Assembly: GCA_025963485.1 (NCBI GenBank)
Contig: JAOQAO010000265.1
Coordinates: 1 to 57,412 of the forward strand
DNA length: 57,412 nt
Direction: 5' to 3'
From: Bacteroidota bacterium
GTDB taxonomy: Bacteria > Bacteroidota > Bacteroidia > Chitinophagales > LD1
The position numbers and the translations under genes are program-made. The first letter of the stretch is position 1, and every line of letters starts with the position of its first letter. The notes beneath the pieces were generated by a model, which saw only the letters and a list, made by a program, of their open reading frames with translations, searched no databases and had not been told where the DNA came from. Positions 20,863 through 29,004 of the stretch are shown one piece after another.

Positions 20863-21741
20863 ATGGAAGCAACGGAGAAAAAAGACGTCTATGCAATCGC
20901 TACGGAGAGAATCATCGCACACCTCGAAAACGGTACTATTCCTTGGCGCAAGCCCTGGACGGATGCCGGCATACCGATGAACTTTGTCTCCCGCAAGCCC
21001 TATCGTGGCATCAACCTACTGCTCCTGAACCTTTGCGGATATACGCGCAACCTCTTTCTGACATTCAAGCAGATTAAGGCGCTCAAAGGGACGGTCAGGA
21101 AGAACGAAAAGGCCCATCCCGTGCTCTTTTGGAAGTGGGTCAAAAAGGATGCAAAGGACAAAAGACCGGTCAGCGAACTGACGACGAAAGACCTGAGGCC
21201 GATACTGCGCTACTACATGGTCTTTAACGTCGAGCAATGCGCTAACCTGCCGGACGCGCTTGTCCCTGACATCAGAAAGCCAAACGAGCCGCTTCTTGAA
21301 TGCGAGGCGGTGCTCGATGGGATGCCGTCACCGCCGAAGATCGTTCACGAGCTTCACAGGGCCTGCTACTATCCCGCAAGCGATACGATCAACATGCCGA
21401 GGATCGAGACGTTCACGAGCAGCGAGACCTACTACGGGACCCTCTTTCACGAGCTTGTGCATAGCACCGGACATGTAACCCGGCTTAACCGCAAGGAACT
21501 TATGGAAAACAACTCGTTTGGGTCTGCTGACTATTCTCTCGAGGAGCTGACCGCCGAAATTGGAGCGAGCTACCTTTCCTCGCATACCGGCATTATGATT
21601 GACGACTATGCAGGCAATGCCGCGTATATACAGGGATGGCTTGCTGTGCTCAAAAACGACAAAAGGTTCATCGTCTATGCGAGCGCACAGGCGCAAAGGG
21701 CCGTCGAACACGTCTTAAACCTTGGGCTATCATCGGAATGA
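20863..21741 (+). CDS. ardC: ArdC family antirestriction protein (ssDNA-binding plus zincin-like domain)
   Basis: PWRKPW, YRGIN, TFKQ, VFNVEQ, HELVHSTGH, YSLEELTAE and AYIQGW motifs. Confidence 0.92.
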   Translation: MEATEKKDVYAIATERIIAHLENGTIPWRKPWTDAGIPMNFVSRKPYRGINLLLLNLCGYTRNLFLTFKQIKALKGTVRKNEKAHPVLFWKWVKKDAKDKRPVSELTTKDLRPILRYYMVFNVEQCANLPDALVPDIRKPNEPLLECEAVLDGMPSPPKIVHELHRACYYPASDTINMPRIETFTSSETYYGTLFHELVHSTGHVTRLNRKELMENNSFGSADYSLEELTAEIGASYLSSHTGIMIDDYAGNAAYIQGWLAVLKNDKRFIVYASAQAQRAVEHVLNLGLSSE

Positions 21742-21750
21742 TCTTCCGAC

Positions 21751-21771
21751 AACCGCAGCAATGCGGTTTTT
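21751..21771 (+). terminator. Rho-independent terminator after ardC
   Basis: aaccgca-gcaa-tgcggtt followed by Ts. Confidence 0.7.
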
Positions 21772-21869
21772 ATCTTAGATAAATTCTATACTCCGGTGCT
21801 GCTTCTCAGATACATCCTCGGACTATCCGGCATCAGTTTAACTTTTCTTTATTCCAGTCTGTTAGGGTA

Positions 21870-22139
21870 ATGGGTATGAATGCTATATCCCGAAAACGAC
21901 TTTCCCGCGCTTTGGAAATACTGGCGCAAATAAAAACGCTCGATTCCGAGCTTATGTCAATTCTCACATCTGAAATTAAGGGGCCGTCACGCACTTCGTC
22001 AGCTTTCTCAAAAGCAGTAAGCAAGTGGGCAGGGTGTTTTAACGAGGATGCTTCGGCAATCTTTACGCTTATCCTGGCCCAGCGATTGCGACGTCAGCAG
22101 ACCGATACCCAGGACAATTTGTTTGCTACAGACAATTAG
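21870..22139 (+). CDS. Hypothetical protein or gene fragment
   Basis: 89-aa ORF between ardC and a recombinase; no recognised motif. Confidence 0.35.
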   Translation: MGMNAISRKRLSRALEILAQIKTLDSELMSILTSEIKGPSRTSSAFSKAVSKWAGCFNEDASAIFTLILAQRLRRQQTDTQDNLFATDN

Positions 22140-22180
22140 CTCCAGTGTTATGCCGCGAGCCATAAGTATATGCTTTGGGA

Positions 22181-23119
22181 ATGGCAGCACTCAAAGACGA
22201 TTTTGAAAACTACATCAACGAATGCACCTACGGCAAAAGATTACGCCCCGCTACCATCAAGGCATCTAAGGAAGCATACAGGCAATTTGCGCGTGTAGTT
22301 CCCGAGATAGAAACATCGGAAGATGTTACACCCGCAGTCCTCACGGTATTTTTCCAGCGGCTCCAAACCCGTGAGCGTACCGTGGGGCGAGATACCAAGG
22401 TAACAGGTATTAAGGACGTCACGATCCGAGCGTATGCGGGCAGGCTAAAAACGTTTTTCAAATGGCTGAAAGACCGCAAGCACATTTCAGATAATCCGTT
22501 TGACACCTTCAAGATACCCACTCCGCAATTTACAGATCACCGGGCGCTCACGGGTGATGAAATTAAGCGGATCATGGGATGTATAGTGCAGCATTCAGGT
22601 TCGACCTTCATCATGAGGCGTGACTTGGCAATGATCGGCATACTGACATTCTGCGGCCTCCGCCGGACTGAGCTGATATCCCTCGAAATGAGGGACGTGG
22701 ATATAGAAGCGGGATTCATAACAGTGCGTAGTGAGACTTCAAAATCAAAGCGCACCCGTAGGCTTCCGATCAATATATTCCTAAGGCCTTACCTAAAGGA
22801 ATACATCGAAGTAAGAAAGCAACGAAAGTGTAAGGCGATCAGGTTCTTTGTGTCCCAAGGTAAAGATCGCGATCTCACTCTACATGGACTGAAACATTGG
22901 GTAGAGAGGATAGTAAAAAAGTCAGGTGTGCGCTTCCATCTACACAGGTTACGTCACACATTTGCTACAAACTTAGGTATTCAAGGTGTTGGGGCCATCA
23001 AAATACAAAAGCTCATGGGTCACTCAGATTTGAGAATGACACAAATGTATCTACGATCTATAGAGGCAGAGGAATTATCAGAGGACATGAATAAGATATC
23101 GTTTGAAAATCTCGCTTAG
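22181..23119 (+). CDS. Tyrosine recombinase (XerC/D-like)
   Basis: GLRRTE, KSKRTR, HRLRHTF and MGHSDLRMTQMY: complete R-K-H-R-H-Y set. Confidence 0.93.
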   Translation: MAALKDDFENYINECTYGKRLRPATIKASKEAYRQFARVVPEIETSEDVTPAVLTVFFQRLQTRERTVGRDTKVTGIKDVTIRAYAGRLKTFFKWLKDRKHISDNPFDTFKIPTPQFTDHRALTGDEIKRIMGCIVQHSGSTFIMRRDLAMIGILTFCGLRRTELISLEMRDVDIEAGFITVRSETSKSKRTRRLPINIFLRPYLKEYIEVRKQRKCKAIRFFVSQGKDRDLTLHGLKHWVERIVKKSGVRFHLHRLRHTFATNLGIQGVGAIKIQKLMGHSDLRMTQMYLRSIEAEELSEDMNKISFENLA

Positions 23120-23121
23120 GC

Positions 23122-23595
23122 TTATTTGAACTTAGCATCTCTCCATATGTATTCTAAAACCGGAAATTTTAGGTATTCAGTAGAAAACTCGTCCCAGCTC
23201 TTTCCAAACTTGGTTTTTGCAACATACCTTACCGAGTGATTGTCATATATGCTCTGAGTAAAAGCAGTATCGGCACCTTTGGCTTTATAATCCTCTAGCA
23301 GTTTCTTCATGATATTCATCTCATCGAGCAATCTATCTACGTCACCGTATGTACTAAGAATAAAATCTATAGATGTCCTGATAAAGAGAAACTTTCCTAT
23401 CCGATTACTTACGCTTAGACCAGGCTCTTGAAGATAATGTCTCATTAAAACTATGCGATCCCTCGTCTGGTGGGTCACAATGTCAAATCCGGGCGCTAGT
23501 GCAAATACGTGTGAAAGAATCTCGTCACTAATTTCTGGCTCTTGGCCTTGCAGCCAGTTCAGGAAAATATTAGTTAATCCGTCAAGGTATTCCAT
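23122..23595 (-). CDS. Hypothetical protein
   Basis: 157-aa ORF, convergent on the first recombinase. Confidence 0.65.
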   Translation of the reverse strand: MEYLDGLTNIFLNWLQGQEPEISDEILSHVFALAPGFDIVTHQTRDRIVLMRHYLQEPGLSVSNRIGKFLFIRTSIDFILSTYGDVDRLLDEMNIMKKLLEDYKAKGADTAFTQSIYDNHSVRYVAKTKFGKSWDEFSTEYLKFPVLEYIWRDAKFK

Positions 23596-23905
23596 TGTCT
23601 ATTCTTGCATTTGAGAGCAAGTCATGTAAGAATAATTAAGTCTGATTACATTAACAACTTAACAACCACGCTATTTTTTTGAGCTTCTCCAACGGAAGTA
23701 ATCAGGCCGCTTCAAGGGCAATCTAAAACAGGCTAAAATCTCATTTCATCCTTAATTACCAACGCATTTATCGAAATACGTTACGGGTAAATTATTTGTA
23801 AACGTAAGGCCCATTCTTATTGTTACAAATATGCTTATGCCATAAGGGCGGATGAATAAAATTGAAGCCAAAGGGACGTATGCTCTGCATAATCTGTCCC
23901 TATTT

Positions 23906-23978
23906 GCCATTGTAGCTCAGTTGGCAGAGCAACGGTTTTGTAAACCGTAGGTCATCGGTTCGACCCCGATCAATGGCT
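23906..23978 (+). tRNA. tRNA-Thr(TGT), island-borne
   Basis: GCCATTG/CAATGGC acceptor stem, TAGCTCAGTTGGCAGAGC D-arm, acggt-ttTGTaa-accgt, GGTTCGACCCC T-arm. Confidence 0.92.
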
Positions 23979-24011
23979 CATTAAGATAGCGTGGTTATCT
24001 CACCACACTAT

Positions 24012-24917
24012 ATGGATATAGAATTACTAGCCCGTAGATTTTATGACTACTACCTTTTAGAGCGCCGACTTTCGATACATACCGTCAGGTGCATTAGAGG
24101 ACATCTGAATTACTATAGAAAGTTCTCCGGCTTTACCGCGATTGAGCAAGTGACTGAAAAGAGCATCCAGGAGTTCTTCGTGTTTGGCCGCGTCACAAGG
24201 AACTGGAAGCCACATTCGACTATTAGGTGCTACCAGTCGCTTACTGTCTTTTTCAGATGGTGTCATAAGCAAGGCTACATTGGGTCAAATCCTTTGCCTC
24301 ATATAGAACTGCCAAAGCCTGATAAACAACTTCCGAGAGGTGTAGTAAAGCAGGATGCTCTAAAGATTTTGGAGATTGCGTATAACTATCCTTATAAATC
24401 GGAGTTTCTACGGTGCAGGAACCATGCGATCTTCGCCATGTTCATCCATACTGGGCTTCGAAAAAGCGAGTTGCTGAACTTGAAGTATACCGACGTAGAC
24501 ACCGAAAACCTTACGGTCTTTGTGACCAGGGGCAAGGGTGCAAAGGACAGGATAGTACCAATGAGCTACACGCTGGCCCAATCTCTCAAAAGATATTTGG
24601 TAGAGCGAAAAAAGCTCAACAAGACATGCTCCCACTTCTTTGCTTCGCTTCTGCTCAACAAGGCTTTCACGGACACAGGCATAAGACGATTGGTAACTAA
24701 GATTTCAAAAGCATCTGGTATCAAGTTCAGTTTGCACAAGCTCAGACACACGTTTGCCACACTCATGCTGGAGGGCGGATGCGATATTTACAGCCTGTCC
24801 CGCATGATGGGTCACTCGGATATCAAGACTACTACTATCTATCTCTCGGCTTCCGTGCAACATCTGAGATCACAAGTAAGCAAGCATCCTCTTAATGATC
24901 TTGTCAGATATGCGTAG
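24012..24917 (+). CDS. Tyrosine recombinase (XerC/D-like)
   Basis: GLRKSE, GKGAKDR, HKLRHTF and MGHSDIKTTTIY motifs. Confidence 0.94.
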   Translation: MDIELLARRFYDYYLLERRLSIHTVRCIRGHLNYYRKFSGFTAIEQVTEKSIQEFFVFGRVTRNWKPHSTIRCYQSLTVFFRWCHKQGYIGSNPLPHIELPKPDKQLPRGVVKQDALKILEIAYNYPYKSEFLRCRNHAIFAMFIHTGLRKSELLNLKYTDVDTENLTVFVTRGKGAKDRIVPMSYTLAQSLKRYLVERKKLNKTCSHFFASLLLNKAFTDTGIRRLVTKISKASGIKFSLHKLRHTFATLMLEGGCDIYSLSRMMGHSDIKTTTIYLSASVQHLRSQVSKHPLNDLVRYA

Positions 24918-24921
24918 CATC

Positions 24922-25002
24922 TTCTTTCATGTTTCTTGGGTGGAAACACTTTTCCATACATCAATACGGAAAGGTGTTTTTTGCTTGGGAAACATGAAAG
25001 AA
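24922..25002. repeat. Long imperfect inverted repeat
   Basis: Perfect 14-bp outer arms ttctttcatgtttc/gaaacatgaaagaa; inner aaacacttttcc/ggaaaggtgttt. Confidence 0.8.
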
Positions 25003-25139
25003 CGTTGCTTAGCTCACAGCGGGTCAGGTTACCACTCGGTAAAAATTTGTTGATTTCAACAAAAAGTATTTGTTTTTATTTTACCCTCGATAATTACTAT
25101 AGATGATGGCAACTATCCATAACAAGGTTGCCCATCATT

Positions 25140-25475
25140 ATGCTCATTCAACATAATTTCTTGCGCATCGTCCGCAAGCGCACTCATCTCACTCAGGTAG
25201 ATATCGCTTCGATCCTGAAAATTTCAGACTTTGCCAATGTCTCACGGTGGGAACAGGGACAGAAAACGCCTAACGTCGAAATGCTCTTGGGATATCATTT
25301 GCTTTTTGACATCCCGATTGAATCCCTCTTTGACAGACAGAAGCACGAATTGAAACGGGCTATCATCCCGCGCATACAGGATCGGATCAGATACCTGAAA
25401 ACCCTCGATAGCGATCCCAAAGTGCAAAACCGTATCGATTATCTCGGGTCCATTCTTAGCAGAATAACCCTCTAA
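25140..25475 (+). CDS. XRE-family HTH protein
   Basis: LRIVRKRTHLTQVDIASIL...VSRWEQGQKTP. Confidence 0.88.
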   Translation: MLIQHNFLRIVRKRTHLTQVDIASILKISDFANVSRWEQGQKTPNVEMLLGYHLLFDIPIESLFDRQKHELKRAIIPRIQDRIRYLKTLDSDPKVQNRIDYLGSILSRITL

Positions 25476-25479
25476 TCCT

Positions 25480-25968
25480 ATGGAACATGAAAATCCAGTG
25501 ATCCTAGCACTCTATCCTAACTCCATTGGGATTGGGTATGCCTGCTTGCAAATACCTGACCGGCTACTCGACTTCGGTGTTGCTACTGCAAAGCCTATAT
25601 CCAATGGCAAGCTGCTTCGCCGCGCTGAAAGGTTCCTTAACTACTATAAGCCCAAGCTCGTACTGCTAAAGGAAACCAGCGAGTTGGCAAATAGCGGACG
25701 AAACGACAGGCTGATCAAGGCTATGACCACGCTCTGCGATGAAATGGGCCTCGACACCTACAGGTACACCAAACAGCAAATCAAGGACACCTTTGAAGTA
25801 TTTGGTGCCAAAACGAAATTTTCGATGGCTGAAAAAATGGTCAAGATGCTGCCCGACCTTGCCGTCCGAATGCCAAAGGTGCGCAAGTGGTATGAGAAAG
25901 AGGACTACAACATGGTAGTCTTCGATGCCGTGGCGCTCGCGGTAACGCATGCGCATCTGACGGAGTAG
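25480..25968 (+). CDS. RuvC/RNase H-fold protein with a degenerate active site
   Basis: VILALYPNSIGIGYA aligns with RuvC ILGIDPG..TGYG (D to Y); KPKLVLLKE; C-terminal FDAVALA. Confidence 0.6.
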   Translation: MEHENPVILALYPNSIGIGYACLQIPDRLLDFGVATAKPISNGKLLRRAERFLNYYKPKLVLLKETSELANSGRNDRLIKAMTTLCDEMGLDTYRYTKQQIKDTFEVFGAKTKFSMAEKMVKMLPDLAVRMPKVRKWYEKEDYNMVVFDAVALAVTHAHLTE

Positions 25969-26015
25969 TTATTTCTTTTAGGAACCTTGAAAATGTAAAA
26001 ACTTTGTGCTTGTCT

Positions 26016-26276
26016 TTATTTTCCCATTTGTTCAAAAAACTCGGATGCGGGCATGTCCAACGCATGCAGGACTTTCAAAAGGCTCGATACCTTTAGGTCC
26101 TGCCCTCTCTCATATCTGCCGTACTGAGTTCGTGGAATCTCGTTCTCAAAGGCAAATGTCTCATAGTTCTTATATCCTCGCTCTTTGCGCACCTCCTGCA
26201 GTTTTTTCCCGATGGACGCGAGGAGCGCCTTGATTTCGTCCTCCGGCAGAGGGCGTTTTTGGCTTTTCTTTTTCAT
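26016..26276 (-). CDS. XRE-family HTH transcriptional regulator
   Basis: IGKKLQEVRKERGY.NYETFA...IPRTQYGRYERG.DL. Confidence 0.88.
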   Translation of the reverse strand: MKKKSQKRPLPEDEIKALLASIGKKLQEVRKERGYKNYETFAFENEIPRTQYGRYERGQDLKVSSLLKVLHALDMPASEFFEQMGK

Positions 26277-26302
26277 CCAATAAAGCAACCGAGAATAGCA
26301 CT

Positions 26303-26352
26303 TAAATGGTACTCCCATTGTGTGGGTGCATATTAGCTACCATTTATAAGTG
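26303..26352. promoter_or_regulatory. Dyad in the divergent promoter region, candidate operator
   Basis: cacttaaatggta ... taccatttataagtg between the XRE gene and the T9SS gene. Confidence 0.35.
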
Positions 26353-26394
26353 ACTTTTTGTATTTTGCATCATTACAAACCAAAACCAAACACC

Positions 26395-28584
26395 ATGAAG
26401 TACCTACTGCTTTTTTCAATTTCACTATGGAGCATATGCTCGGTGGCTCAATACTGCGGCAACTCCGGGCCTGCGATCTGCAACCCCAATGGGTCTACCG
26501 CGCAGGGAATTTTCACGCCCTCATATCTGCAAATAGCCCCTCTTGCCAACGGCCAGAATGCGACAGTCAGCCTTCAGCTTATGATGCCCGATTCAATTTA
26601 TTTCGGGGGAACCAACAACTCGTATACTGACTTCACGATTGACAGCATTTCTAATCTTCCTCCTGGCATGTGCTGGTCTACCAATAAAGCACAAAATACG
26701 TTCTTACACCGTGAGCATGGCTGCATTGTACTAAGCGGTACACCGTGCGGTGCCAACGGCCAGTACAAACCGAGGATTTACGGCAGGTTCACCACGCCGT
26801 CGTTCTTTCTTTCACTCCTCGGGTTAAGCGGTGGTGATCTAGACGTCGTAGGATTCAAGTACATCCTCAGATTAAAGAACGCTACAGATCCCGTAACCCC
26901 ATTGGACACGACACAGACGGACAGCAACCCTGTCATACCTTACAACTCAGCGCCGGCTTGCTCAGCTGGCCTCTACTTAACTCCGCTTCGAGTTTCCTCG
27001 GATTCCGTCTGCGACGGCGGCAATGTCAGGGTAAGCATCCTTACCAACATCCCGTTTTCAAACGCCAATCGGTTTTCACTGAAAGTAACCTGTACGCAAA
27101 CGGGAACGTGCAACGGAGTTTGGTACTCGGATTCGATATACGCTCATCAAAGCGGCACTTACACGTTCTCCCTGCCTGACAGCATTACTAACTATGCCTT
27201 CGATTGCGCCGATCATGATGCGTTCAACCTATTCTTGGAAACTACTGACACAGCAACCGAAACACCGCTAGGGACGATAGTGATCTATGGTGCCCCAGCA
27301 GTGAGCTGGCTCCCATCGGGCGGGGTCATATGCGAGGGTAGCAGTCTACAACTCGGCGGACGTGCGCTATGCTCACAGTCTTACAAGTGGTATCAGGAAC
27401 CCGCGCATACGCTTATCTCATCCGCATCTCCTCCTTATACTATTTTGCCAACGCAAACGACCCACTACAGTGTGCATGTTACTCGGAACGTATGCTCACT
27501 GGACAGTAGCTTTACTGTTACCGTCGTGCCTAATCCAGTGTTTGCGCCATTTGATACTGTATTTGCGACCTGCCCTCATGACAGTGTGACGATAGGGCCA
27601 GCGAGTATTCATTATTTGGAATATGTGACTTGGAGCGACAACAACGGTTTCTTTGCTGTAGATTCTCAGGTGACCGTGCTGCCACCATTTTCAAACATCT
27701 ACACAGCCACCCTCTATGATAGCAATGCGTGTTGGGTTCAAAGTAGCGTGAGCGTTTCCATAAAGGAACCGCCTTATCAGGACATCTGCATGGTCACTGT
27801 GGATTCAATGTCAAATCACAACGTAATCATTTGGGAAAAGTATAATAAGCCCGCTATCGACAGCTTCTATATCTACCGCGAGATTAGCACGAATAACTAT
27901 GCAAAGATTGCGGCGGTTCACCGTGATTCTCTCAGCGAATACCACGACTACGGCGCGAACCCCAACAGTACCGGCTACAGGTACCGAATATCGGCGCTGG
28001 ATACATGCGGAAACGAAGGAGCTTCGAGCTTGTACCACAACTCTATACATCTACAATATCTCGGCGGTGGCAACCTCCAATGGAACAACTACGAAATAGA
28101 GTTTTCATCTACACCGGTGGCATCATATGATATCCTGCGGGACGATAATGGCACAGGGGCATGGTCGCAGATACTAAATGTGTCAGGAACGCAAAACACC
28201 GCTTCCGATCCCAACTTCACCTCCTATCCAAACGCTCGTTACAAGGTGATCGCCAACTGGCCGTTTAGCTGCACTCCAAGCCGCGCTTATCAGATGTCTT
28301 TGTCTAATGTCATTGCCAGCCAAGCGAACGGCATTCAAAGGATTGATGAAATGTCGTTTAGGATTACCCCAAACCCTACACGCGATTGGCTCCATATAGC
28401 CTTTCCTAAGTTGGTTAGCGGTTTTCTCACCGTGACCGATATCACTGGCAAGGAGCTTATCGTTACGGACATAAAGGCAAGCGTGAGCGAAACGATAGAT
28501 GCAAGGCGGCTACCTGCTGGAATATACATTGCCACATTCAAAAATGCGGATTGCACCTACTCACAAAAAGTTGTTAAGGAATAA
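26395..28584 (+). CDS. T9SS type A sorting domain protein with Ig-like domains
   Basis: Signal peptide ending AQ; Cys/Thr-rich beta domains; C-terminal ITPNPT..ITDITGK..LPAGIY..KVVKE. Confidence 0.88.
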   Translation: MKYLLLFSISLWSICSVAQYCGNSGPAICNPNGSTAQGIFTPSYLQIAPLANGQNATVSLQLMMPDSIYFGGTNNSYTDFTIDSISNLPPGMCWSTNKAQNTFLHREHGCIVLSGTPCGANGQYKPRIYGRFTTPSFFLSLLGLSGGDLDVVGFKYILRLKNATDPVTPLDTTQTDSNPVIPYNSAPACSAGLYLTPLRVSSDSVCDGGNVRVSILTNIPFSNANRFSLKVTCTQTGTCNGVWYSDSIYAHQSGTYTFSLPDSITNYAFDCADHDAFNLFLETTDTATETPLGTIVIYGAPAVSWLPSGGVICEGSSLQLGGRALCSQSYKWYQEPAHTLISSASPPYTILPTQTTHYSVHVTRNVCSLDSSFTVTVVPNPVFAPFDTVFATCPHDSVTIGPASIHYLEYVTWSDNNGFFAVDSQVTVLPPFSNIYTATLYDSNACWVQSSVSVSIKEPPYQDICMVTVDSMSNHNVIIWEKYNKPAIDSFYIYREISTNNYAKIAAVHRDSLSEYHDYGANPNSTGYRYRISALDTCGNEGASSLYHNSIHLQYLGGGNLQWNNYEIEFSSTPVASYDILRDDNGTGAWSQILNVSGTQNTASDPNFTSYPNARYKVIANWPFSCTPSRAYQMSLSNVIASQANGIQRIDEMSFRITPNPTRDWLHIAFPKLVSGFLTVTDITGKELIVTDIKASVSETIDARRLPAGIYIATFKNADCTYSQKVVKE

Positions 28585-28631
28585 TTGGCTGTTGGCTCTC
28601 CTGAACGAAATCCCGAACCGTGCAGACAAGC

Positions 28632-28783
28632 GCAAGGGTGCTGAAAAGCAAATCGCCGACCTATTGGGTTGCTGCGCCGATCATAAGTGAAACAGCCGGG
28701 CTAGGTCCCAAGCAATGCAGGCTGTTTCCTTATGCGAGGCGCAAAGGGTGGCAGGATGGCGATTTGCTTTTCAGCTCTCTTGC
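28632..28783. repeat. ~150-bp stem-loop (structured DNA/RNA candidate)
   Basis: Perfect 18-bp arms gctgaaaagcaaatcgcc (28640-28657)/ggcgatttgcttttcagc (28758-28775); inner cataagtgaaacagcc/ggctgtttccttatg. Confidence 0.8.
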
Positions 28784-29004
28784 ATCCCTGAGCGGAGGCG
28801 GCTTCGGAATGAGCCGTGCTGTTTGCGAATGGAGGAGCGGCCGGAGCGCGCCGGAGGGTTGCCGAAATTGTCAAGTCTCATACCCTTTTTTGGGTATAGG
28901 AATATCCCACAATTAGTTATTGATTTGCAGTGAAATATATATAGTTCTTTGTCTTACCTATGGATTTGTGTGCTGACCTTTTAATTCATCCACAAAACAA
29001 ACAA

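Noticed and set aside
25480..25968. TnpB/Cas12-like RNA-guided nuclease
   Set aside because: Only 162 aa, with no zinc finger or REC/WED region; fits a stand-alone RuvC fold.
28499..28933. Short ORFs between the two large T9SS genes
   Set aside because: They overlap the long stem-loop in several frames and have no protein-like features.
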